Below are positions 53,743-64,000 of a stretch of 64,000 nt of DNA, one piece after another. The position numbers and the translations under genes are program-made. The DNA is from Macrostomum lignano (lineage: Eukaryota): contig NIVC01000696.1 in NCBI GenBank assembly GCA_002269645.1, positions 248,001-312,000 of the forward strand, in the 5' to 3' direction. The notes under the pieces are model-generated. The model was given only the letters and a program-made list of their open reading frames with translations, searched no databases and was not told the DNA's origin. Position 1 is the first letter of the stretch, and each line of letters starts with the position of its first letter.

Positions 53743-54886
53743 TTGCGACTTACTTCCCTCTTATTGCGACTTAGTTGCTCCTTTTGCGACTTACCTAATC
53801 CTTTTTGCGACTTACCTAATCCTTTTTGCGACTTACCTAATCCTTTTGCGACTTACCTAATCCTTTTTGCGACTTACCTAATCTTTTTTGCGACTTACCT
53901 AATCCTTTTTGCGACTTAGTTGCTCCTTTTGCGACTTACCTAATCCTTTTGCGACTTACCTAATCCTTTTTGCGACTTACCTAATCCTTTTGCGACTTAC
54001 CTAATCCTTTTTGCGACTTACCTAATCTTTTTTGCGACTTACCTAATCCTTTTTGCGACTTAGTTGCTCCTTTTGCGACTTACCTAATCCTTTTGCGACT
54101 TACCTAATCCTTTTTGTGACTTACCTAATCCTTTTGCGACTTACCTAATCCTTTTTGCGACTTACCTAATCTTTTTTGCGACTTACCTAATCCTTTTTGC
54201 GACTTAGTTGCTCCTTTTGCGACTTACCTAATCCTTTTGCGACTTACCTAATCCTTTTTGCGACTTACCTAATCTTTTTGCGACTTACCTAATCCTTTTG
54301 CGACTTACCTAATCCTTTTTGCGACTTAGTTGCTCCTTTTGCGACTTACCTAATCCTTTTTGCGACTTAGTTGCTCCTTTTGCGACTTACCTAATCCTCT
54401 TTGCGACTTAGTTACTCCTTTTGCGACTTACCTAATCCTTTTTGCGACTTAGTTGCTCCTTTTGCGACTTACCTAATCCTTTTTGCAACTTAGTTGCTCC
54501 TTTTGCAACTTACTTAATCCTCTTTGCGACTTAGTTACTCCTTTTGTGACTTACCTAATCCTTTTTGCGACTTACCTAATCCTTTTTGCGACTTAGTTGC
54601 TCCTTTTGCGACTTACCTAATCCTTTTGCGACGTACCTAATCCTTTTTGCAACTTAGTTGCTCCTTTTGCAACTTACTTAATCCTCTTTGCGACTTAGTT
54701 ACTCCTTTTGTGACTTACCTAATCCTTTTTGCGACTTAGTTGCTCCTTTTGCGACTTACCTAATCCTTTTGCGACATACCTAATCCTCTTTGCAACTTAG
54801 TTGCTCCTTTTGCGACTTACTTAACCCTTTTGCGACTTATCTAATCTTTTTTTGCAACTTAGTTGCTCCTTTTGCGACTTACCTAA
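53743..54886. repeat. 20/21-bp two-variant minisatellite (GCGACTTACCTAATCCTTTT(T) / GCGACTTAGTTGCTCCTTTT)
   Basis: Two interleaved unit types visible. Confidence 0.95.
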
Positions 54887-56614
54887 TTATTTGTGTAACT
54901 TAATTTGCTTCTGCTGCAACTTGTTTTTCTTTTGCTTCACCATTTTACTTCCCTGTATTGCTCTTTCCTCTTGCCTTTTTTCGTTTTTGGTCAACTCAAT
55001 TTTGCGACTTACCCTGGTCCACCACAATTTACGGTGGCCGGATCGGCCAGCTCGGCCAGCAGTTGCGCATGTATGATTTGATAGGAATAGTTTTGGCATA
55101 CAGCACAATTCATCTTTTTTGATAAGATTTATTCTGGCATAGGCATGCCATGATCTTGGCTATAGTGCAAGGCCAACAATGCACACTCAAATTTTTGGGC
55201 ATATATTATATGTCATAGCCTAGATCATGGCAAGCATATGCCAGAATGAAAATTCATGTTTTTTTCAATTTTATGCCGACGTGAAATTTAAAAAAAAATT
55301 ATGCCAAGTCTATAGCTGTTTATATATTAATTTGTTTAGAGAATATATATTATGAGAAATAAAAGAGTTTTACTAAACTACTCATAACAAGACTTATTTT
55401 TCTGGGATTACAATTTTGGGTTGGAAAAAGTTTGGCGTATACTGGCATACCAAAAAATTGTAGATTTTAGTCTGGCATACATTCAGGGTGTTCCAAACTA
55501 TGGCAATGGCCATGGGGCTTAATGGAATAATATAAATTCAAAACACGAATGACAATAGATAAATGCTTATAACAATATGAAATTATTATTTAATATTATT
55601 TTATTTTTAATAATAAAAATATTAATTATTATAGGCCTAGATAATGCCATAATATTAATAATAGGGCCTAATAATAAAATTATAATAATAATAATATTAA
55701 ATAATAAAAATACCATATATGCTTATATTAGTGCCTCAGTTTATATTATTAGTTGAGTATCATTTTAATTGGCCTAGTCACAACTCTTACTAGTCTTAGG
55801 CCTAGGCCTAGTCTTAGTCATACTGATAGGCCTAAATAATGTCAGTCAAGAGTCAATAATGAAATTTTTTAATGTGTTAAAGACAAAATTACAGCTAGGC
55901 CCTATCACATAAGGAAAAATTAGGCATAGCATGCCCTAGGCATAGTAATTTTCTAAGTAGATCTATTGAACTTACTTAGGGTAGGCCTACTTACCAAGGA
56001 TAACAGAAAAGAAAACAAGCACTAATGCAAGACGCATCTGTAGTTAATTTTTAATGTTTAAAATCCTATTTTGCCTTGTTACAATAGTTTAGGATAAATG
56101 AGATAAGATAATAAAATAGGCCTACTGAGATCTCAGTCCTCAACTCAGCATTAATGAGATTGCCATACAAACGAAAATATTTAGCATTCGGTAGCTAGGG
56201 TGCGCTGAACTCGACCTGTTATATCTAGCTTAAGCGTTTTATAACTTAGTGTGCATTTAAGCAAACATTTAGGCAGCTAATTATGTTATTATTACAAGAT
56301 TAACACCATTCAATTTATTCTTTTTGTAAAAAAATTGCAATTGCTCTAAAATTATGTAGGCTTTACAGATTCGTAAATTATCTGCATGTGTGTAGTATCC
56401 CCCGGTTTGTTCTCCAGTGTAAATGGTTAGATGTGACTGCTGCTGCTACGCGAATGCAGCGAAATACGCAAAGCTGACTGCGTAGCAAGAACAGGCGCGT
56501 CGCCACGGGGGGACACGGGGGACATGCCCCCCCCCGTAAAAGCTATGGGGGACATGCCAATGCTTTTCCCACCCCACATTGTGACTCGTTGTGGTAATCA
56601 ATAATTTTTCTTCA

Positions 56615-56812
56615 GGGCGCCAAAAATAGCGCCTACGGCGCTAAAATGAGTGCCTACAGCGCCAAAATGAGTGCCTGCGGCGCCAAAGGAGTGCGTGCGG
56701 CGCCAAAATGAGTACCTCCGGCGCCAAAATGAGTACCTGCGGTGCCAAAATGAGTGCCTGCGGTGCCAAAAGTAATGCCTGTGGCGCCAAAATGAGTGCC
56801 TGCGGCGTCAAA
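56615..56812. repeat. 21-bp GC-rich tandem repeat (GGCGCCAAAATGAGTGCCTGC), probably inside a MITE starting CAGGCGCGTCGCCAC at 56492
   Basis: About 9 degenerate units. The right TIR and a TSD are not convincing. Confidence 0.7.
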
Positions 56813-58768
56813 ATGATCCCTGAGACGAGCTGGAAGCCAACGTTTGATCATCTACGTACATGTAGATATAAAATTAACATTTAGAACTTTCAACACTAAT
56901 TTTATAGATCAAGAAGCTCTATATAAATATCAATAAAGCTATAATAAAGGCAAGACATATCAAAAGCTGAAAGTCATTCGGTCTGTCTCCTATCAAAAGC
57001 AATAACAAATTTTGTGCTAAAAGGAGAACCTCCTACTACACTACATGCATTTCCGTAATGTATTTTTTCGGTAAAACAACCTGCCTCCTAAAATTTCCCA
57101 AGTCCGTATCCTTCTACTTGAGTAGTCCTTGAGCGAAACGTTGGTTTGTGGGTGGCAGGACGCGTGCAGCTGTGCGTGCCAAACCAGACAAATAAAGGCA
57201 CAGTTCCGCTGAGATGCGCCACATAGATAATTGTGTCCGGGATTGCATTAGAAATGTTTTCAAATTCTTTGCAATACCAAGCCACGGCGCATTCGGTAGA
57301 TATATTTTTTACTTTTCCAGTCTAGATTTCGGACTTTTCAGACTTTTTTTTTCGATTTGCGGAGCCATGCCATGTCGCTTTGTCCCCTAAATCTTTTCAT
57401 TAAGACTTACTAAGTATTGGAGAGCAATGCTGACAAAATCTGCCGCGTAGCTAAATGCTAAATGCGTAGCACGCTGAAAGCAATTCGTATGCGGGCAATT
57501 CTCATATGGAACCATTGGTGCTATTTAGTTAAAAATTCTGTCTGACTAGCTGTTTGTCTGTCCGTCTACATGCAGTCTTATGTCTGTGTCTTAGTGTCAG
57601 CTGTCTCTCTATATGTCCTGTAAAAATGTGTGCGGTATAATGTTATTTATTAGTCACAGATCTTATCGCAGAAGCAATCTGCTTACTTCCTATCCTTTTA
57701 TGAAGCCTCACCGAAATACAAAAAGACAACGAATTAATGGATTTCCGCTATATCGTCCGAATGCTGGTACTTAAGTGTGTAGTTAGTAAACAACTAAAGG
57801 GATTCCGGTGGAAGCCTATTAATATCAGTTCATTCATATTTAGGATTATAACGAAATATACAATACTAGTCGCTACGTAGTACAGATTTGTACTAAAAAG
57901 GAAGTGGCAATAGCCGACGAAGATTCGAAGAGCTCCTTGTTGCTAGCGGCCCTACCATTGGCTACTGCGCAGACATCCCATAATGCTTCATCGTCACCTC
58001 TGAGATGCTGGTTGAACGGCGATTGGAACGATCGAACAATCAGCGAGCTGAATGTATGATGCCAAAACTGCTGCTGAAAAGAACACACGACGTAATTCAC
58101 AGCCTGTTGCACAGCGATGGTTAGTGCTCTAAGTTTCTAAGATACTGCAGACCTAAACTGACTCACGTGAGTAACATTTAGAGATTTGATTATAATATTA
58201 AATCAGCATTTATTGGGTGTGTTGAGCCAGGATTTCAACAAGTTTCTCTAATGGTTGGGGACTTTGCAATTGATTAGTTAGGCACTTTTAGTTCGAACTT
58301 GGCTCTGATACTTGCAGTTTGTGTGTTGATCGCAATGTCCACTTAAGTAATAAGACGTAGGTACCTCAGGAAATTCTCAATTTTGGCTTTCACACCCTGA
58401 AAGTTTCATAACCGTTTGGGCTCTTTAAAAACTATTTGAAACTTGAGCGTCTGCTCAAATCCAAGCTAGGTCGTTTAAGTTTATTTGACCAAAATATCCA
58501 AAGAATGCTGAAAAGCGGAGACTGAAACTTTTCCTTTAACACGACTCTCCCTATGAATGCATTTATGCAGAAATTTTTTTCACACACGTACTGCTCTCGT
58601 CCGAAGATAATACGCTGAGACCCCAGTTGGCGCAACGCAGTCAACATGAAATCGAAACAAAATCCTTTTAGAAAACACAGTACGATCTTAGTAGAAAACA
58701 TGCAGTATTTCTTCGCGTCAAGGCAAAGATATGACTATATACGGTATAGTTCGTAGTCGCTCTACTCT

Positions 58769-58991
58769 GTTTATTTACCTGCTAATGCCTTTCCGTGTCA
58801 AGATGGGGCCAATTCATTTCGTGAGGTTTGCATTGTCAATCTCTCCCAATAATCTGCAGCAACAGTAAGTCCAAAATAAGCCTTTAAAAATGATGCATTT
58901 ATTGTCACTAATTGATGTGACTACAAAAACCAAAGAAAGTGACAAAAGGAACCGTCTACCATGTCATAAATGCCCCCTTATTGGCTTGCTA
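58769..58991 (+). repeat. About 220-bp unique block, copy 1 (duplicated at 61093-61319)
   Basis: GTTTATTTACCTGCTAATGCC...TTATTGGCTTGCTAT aligns by eye with scattered substitutions and small indels. Confidence 0.9.
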
Positions 58992-59358
58992 TCAGAAGTT
59001 TTATTGCCAGCCCACACTGCCCTCGGATCGTGTGTCTGAGCAAAACAAATTCTGTTTACCGTAAAGGGTCTTTGGAAGCTTTGATTGAGGCTGGAAACTG
59101 GCTGGAAATGCAATAATTATGCACTTAAATGGTGTGTTATAGGCAGATTAGGTAATTAGGCTACCCTCAAGCTCCTAACGCTTCCGCTTGTCGCTTGTTG
59201 GGTGTCAGTAAATGATTAATCTGACAGTAAATCGTAAATATTCTGTTTGCGATAAAAATCATAACCAGAGCTTTGCAGCTTGCTTTGCAATTGATTTTCC
59301 TAGATTTCCGCTTCTAATCTGTTTTTTCAGCACAAAGACCTGTCTTACCAATTCCATC

Positions 59359-60157
59359 AGCTACCAGACCCATTTCCCTCAGCTACTAGATCAGGTACTT
59401 CAGCTAGCTACCAGACCCATCTGCCTCAGCTACCAGACCCATCTCTCTCAGCTACCAGACCCATCTTCTTCCATGGCTACCAGACCCATCTTCTTCCAGC
59501 TACCAGACCCATCTTCTTCCATGGCTACCAGACCCATCTTCTTCCAGCTACCAGACCCATCTTCTTCCAGCTACCAAACCCATCTCCCTTCAGCTACCAA
59601 ACCCATCTCCCTTCAGCTACCAGACCCATCTCCCTTCAGCTACCAAACCCATCTCCCTTCAGCTACCAGACCCATCTCCCTTCAGCTACCAAACCCATCT
59701 CCCCTCAGCTACCAGACCCATCTCCCTTCAGCTACCAGACCCATCTCCCTTCAGCTACCAAACCCATCTCCCTTCAGCTACCAAACCCATCTCCCTTCAG
59801 CTACCAGACCCATCTCCCTTCAGCTACCAGACCCATCTCCCTTCAGCTACCAAACCCATCTCCCTTCAGCTACCAAACCCATCTCCCTTCAGCTACCAGA
59901 CCCATCTCCCTTCAGCTACCAGACCCATCTCCCTTCAGCTACCAGACCCATCTCCCTTCAGCTACCAGACCCATCTCCCTTCAGCTACCAGACCCATCTC
60001 CCCTCAGCTACCAGACCCATCTCCCTTCAGCTACCAGACCCATCTCCCTTCAGCTACCAGACCCATCTCCCTTCAGCTACCAGACCCATCTCCCCTCAGC
60101 TACCAGACACATTTCCCTCAGCTACCAGACCCATCTCCCCTCAGCTACCAAACCCAT
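59359..60157. repeat. 23-bp minisatellite (AGCTACCAGACCCATCTCCCTTC)
   Basis: Visible period; a related array lies at 62073-62452. Confidence 0.95.
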
Positions 60158-61092
60158 TGGCAGAAATGAGTGTTTCGCAAAAAGATGAGCCTGCTCTGTA
60201 CTTTTCTCCATCGATTTCAGAGCAGCAGCAGAGGTTGAGGAATCGTTAAGACTCCAGCAGCTATTAGAGAGCGAGGCAGAAGTGTCTTCGGCTCGAGCAA
60301 AATTGTTCAATTGATTTTTTCATCACTTTCAGCTGCTGAGGCCGGCGTCCCATTGCCCAAGCCAATTTTCGGAGACTTTGGAGAAAGCACGAGTCTCGGT
60401 AGCAAGTGTGGATTAGGTAGGAAATTTGCGAGCAGAAGCAAAAATTCGCAGCTGAGCATTGCTCAATTAATGAGACAGGAAATCGTGCTCCAGTGGCGGC
60501 TGCAGCAGACAGAATTGCTAATTAGGCTCTGCTCAAATTTCGAGACGATAAACTTGATCAGGAAGCGGCGCCAGGGATCTCGGGGGCAACTCAATTTCTC
60601 GAATAAAATGACACTAATATGGTTCTGCACTAATTGACTGCCGGAGTTCAAATCCAGTTTTCCCTCGAGGCTGTAGCGGATTCGCCACTTGTAGCAGCAA
60701 AATTCAAGCAAGCATTCAGGCTGCATTTTCTCTTTTCAATTTTTTATCTTGGGCACATCCTGACGACAATCTGCGAGAAGAAACTAGCAATGTAGCGTTC
60801 TACAGAACGATTAACCTCACTGCACCTACCAAGCTGCGGCCATGAAGTGAGCTCGCCCAGCATTTGAGCCAATAATAATAATAATAATTGATTACACCTG
60901 CCCCAACTGCTCAGCTCAGTCTGCGATGTGCGACCGACAGCTCAGCCGCAGCTATCAGAAGGCTGCGTACGGCTGTTCAGTCCAAGGACTGGGGGTCGCC
61001 ACACACACCCTCAATTACCCCAGCTAATGCAGGCACCCATTTTACAGCTGGGTGAACTGAAGCAATTCACAGTTACCCCCGACCTTTCAGTC

Positions 61093-61319
61093 GTTTATTT
61101 ACCTGCTAATGCCCTTTCCGTATCAAGATGCGGCCAATTCGTTTCGTGACGTTTGCATTGTCAATCGCTCCCTACTCTGCAGCAGCAGAAAGTCCAAAAC
61201 AAGCTTTTAGAATGATGCATTTATTGTCACTAATTGATGTGACTACAAAATCCAAAGAAAGTGACAAACCGGGACCGTCTACCATGTCATAAATGCCGCC
61301 CTCCTTATTGGCTTGCTAT
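61093..61319 (+). repeat. About 220-bp unique block, copy 2
   Basis: See 58769-58991. Confidence 0.9.
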
Positions 61320-61330
61320 TAGATTGCTCG

Positions 61331-61412
61331 AGCTCAAGGACACAAATTGTTCCAGTAAGGATCGGGAATCGAACCCCTGAATTTTCAGTCGTGAGTTCAA
61401 CGCTCTAACTTG
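61331..61412 (-). mobile_element. tRNA-derived SINE remnant (same family as 48339-48434)
   Basis: Minus strand reads AGTTAGAGCGTTGAACTCACGACTG..GGTTCGATTCCCG..TGTGTCCTTGAGC, with a good B-box at 61365-61375. Confidence 0.75.
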
Positions 61413-62072
61413 GAAGTTTTAAGAGGCCGGTTTTACTGAAAAAGTTCTTGATTCGAGACTGTCTGCTTCGACTGACTGAAAGTTTAACCTGCAACCTCTT
61501 TGCCTCCACAGCAAACAAGAACTTTTGCAGCAAATTCTAATCGTAAAAGTTAGAGTTTGTCTCCGAATACTCAGGTAAAATTAGGTTCCACTTATCCAGC
61601 TTGAATTTTTCAGACCAACCCTACTGCTGCTGCTCCTCTAGACATTTAGCTTGCTACACAGAATTGAAACCTGCTTGGCCTAGCTTTCTGGCATGCAGAA
61701 GAAGAGCAAAAACTGCATTGCACAGTTTCTACTTCTGACTACCCTATTTGGACTTTGCTGTCTGATGGCTAATGATGCGGCGTTGCGCTTTGCTCCTTGG
61801 GCAACACTTGCTGCAAGATGGCCAACCTAGTTTCGAGGGTTCCGCTATGCAGTGGGCTGCAGGGTGATGGCGCTGCAAAGCAAATTGAATCTGCAGGGTG
61901 ACTTTACACACAATCTGCTGCATTTGTACACTTCTGGTCTGAACAGAACTGCGCACTGTTTGAACTGCTTTGTGAAGCAGGATAAAACGCATTGAGAAAC
62001 TTCATTGGATTGCAAACTCTGCTTCTAAAGGGCCTTTAGATTAAAAAAGTAACTTTCCATGGTACACTGCTT

Positions 62073-62452
62073 AGCTATCAGACCCATCTCCCTTAGCTAC
62101 CAGACCCATCTCCCTTAGCTACCAGACCCATCTCCCTTAGCTACCAGACCCATCTCCCTTAGCTACCAGACCCATCTTCCTTAGCTACCAGACCCTTAGC
62201 AATCAGACCAATCTCCCTTAGCTACCAGACCCATCTCATTTAGCTACCAGACCCATCTCCCTTAGCTACCAGACCCATTTCCCTTCAGCTACCAGACCCA
62301 TCTCCATTAGCTACCAGACCCATCTACCTTATCTATCAGACCCATCTCCCTTCGCTACCAGGCCCATCCCTTACAGTGTAGCTACCAGACCCATCTCCCT
62401 CAGCAACGAGACCCATTTCCCTCAGCTACCAGACCTATCTCCCATAGCTACC
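62073..62452. repeat. 22-bp minisatellite (AGCTACCAGACCCATCTCCCTT), sister of the 59.4-kb array
   Basis: Same unit minus one base. Confidence 0.93.
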
Positions 62453-62694
62453 ATGCGCGTCTCACCAAGCTACCGATGCTGAATATTAAATAGCACGCAG
62501 GCTCTGAAAGTTCTGCTACAGGTGATATAGGTGAAACCAATCATACAACTCCCATATAGAGATTTAGTGGTACAGGATATTACCAGTGAACTGTTCTAGC
62601 GTAAGGCTAGAAAATATCTAAATTCGATCTGATTCAGGTCTGGATTCAGTTGGTCCGGCTTCCGGTTTCTTTGAGACAGACGGACAACCAGACC

Positions 62695-63429
62695 CAAACA
62701 GGTGCATTAGACACAACCACACGAACAGGCAGATAAACAGACACAAACAGGTGCAATAGACACAACCATACGGACAGGCAGACAAACAGACACAAACGGG
62801 TGAAATAGACACAACCATACGGACAGGCAGACAAACAGACACAAACGGGTGAAATAGACACAACCATACGGACAGGCGGACAAACAGACACAAACAGGTG
62901 CAATAGACACAACCATACGGACAGGCAGACAAACAGACACCAACAGGTGCAATAGACAACCATACGGACAGACAGACAAACAGACACAAACGGGTTCAAT
63001 AGACACAACCATACGGACAGGCAGACAAAAGACACAAACAGGTGCAATAGACACAACCATACGGACAGACAGACAAACAGACACAATCAGGTGAAATAGA
63101 CACAACCATACGGACAGGCAGACAAACAGACACAAACAGGTGCAATAGACACAACCATACGGACAGACAGACAAACAGACACAATCAGGTGAAATAGACA
63201 CAACCATACGGACAGACAGACAAACAGACACAAACGGGTTCAATAGACACAACCATACGGACAGGCAGACAAACAGACACAAACAGGTGCAATAGACACA
63301 ACCATACGGACAGGCAGACAAACAGACACAAACAGGTGCAATAGACACAACCATACGGACAGGCAGACAAACAGACAAACGGGTTCAATAAACACAACCA
63401 TACGGACAGGCAGACAGACAGACAGACAG
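62695..63429. repeat. 49-bp minisatellite (ACAAACAGACACAAACAGGTGCAATAGACACAACCATACGGACAGGCAG)
   Basis: Period of 49 (62761, 62810 and onward); source of the CLFVCLSVWL ORFs. Confidence 0.95.
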
Positions 63430-63539
63430 CGATGGATAATGACTGATACGGACAGACAGGCACAGAAATAGATAGACAGACAGTACATGCTACTGCAAGT
63501 ATCCAATTGCTAACATCTGCTTTAGTCGCTAGATAAAGA

Positions 63540-63945
63540 ACCAGCGTGGGCGCCGAGTTCGTCTTTAAAAAAGCGGAGCTGTGCGCTGGCGCTGCCGCAC
63601 CGCAACTCCAGTTTCCGGTTGCCAGCGCTTGCATGACGACCGTCAGGGTCGGACCCGATTCGGTCGCAGCCCGGATCTTGTCGACTGTCAGGCCCTTCGG
63701 CGTGGCTGCCCGGACAACAGCGTTGAATAGTCGGGCCTCTGCGGCCTTGTCTTTGACGGGCAGCGGGTTGCGACTGAAGAGATCCGCCGGATTGTCCTCG
63801 CCCTTGCGGTAGTGCAGCCATCGTGTAGACATCGAATAGAACGTGAACTTCAGGCAGCCGAAATTTGACGCACAGGGCCTCGCGCTCAATCTGGCTGAAT
63901 GGCCGCTCCATGTCGCTGAGGGTTCGGCTCGCGTAAACCACCAAG
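63540..63945 (-). mobile_element. Ty3/Gypsy pol remnant (RNase H end and linker), frameshifted
   Basis: YASRTLSDMERPFSQIEREALCVKF and LHYRKGEDNPADLFSRNPLP..TPKGLTVDKIRAAT..PTLTVVMQALATGNW are typical Gypsy RNase H/connection motifs, split across two frames. Confidence 0.88.
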
Positions 63946-64000
63946 CTGCAGGGATTACGGTGTGCCAAGACACTAAAAGTGACAATCAAACTGAACCCAA

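Noticed and set aside
61331-61412. Possible tRNA gene
   Set aside because: The B-box is present but there is no acceptor stem or cloverleaf, and a SINE-type body follows; called as a SINE instead.

Overview
Eukaryotic (metazoan) genomic DNA, not prokaryotic. It has GT-AG spliced genes with GC-rich exons, AT-rich spacers and very dense micro/minisatellites. The style suggests a free-living flatworm such as Macrostomum, but that is an inference. All exon junctions below were assembled by hand and checked for phase. (1) A two-exon 5-HT2-like aminergic GPCR on + (4448-4703, 10008-11485; 577 aa) with a polyQ ICL3 and a CYLP motif in place of CWxP. (2) A convergent eight-exon protein kinase N (PKN/PRK) gene on - (28352 to 19468; 967 aa from the first ATG; HR1 x3, C2, AGC kinase). 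Five of its seven introns each carry their own minisatellite. (3) Two tandem minus-strand single-pass membrane genes with PY motifs: one Shisa-like/STMC6 gene with an unusual Arg/Ser/Tyr-rich N-terminus, and one lacking the Cys domain. (4) A transposon graveyard from about 28.4 to 57 kb. It includes an internally deleted Ty3/Gypsy element with both LTRs, PBS, PPT and 4-bp TSD; a 513-bp P-superfamily derivative with 45-bp TIRs and 8-bp TSD; LINE remnants, one with a 49-bp flanking duplication; tRNA-derived SINEs; and a Gypsy pol fragment at the right end. Most long ORFs in the supplied track are artefacts of tandem repeats. The most unusual signal is an apparent transition-only, TA-generating decay of repeated DNA (CG->TG/CA->TA, CCG->TTG) that seems to go beyond simple CpG deamination. 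It was judged by eye and needs a computational test.
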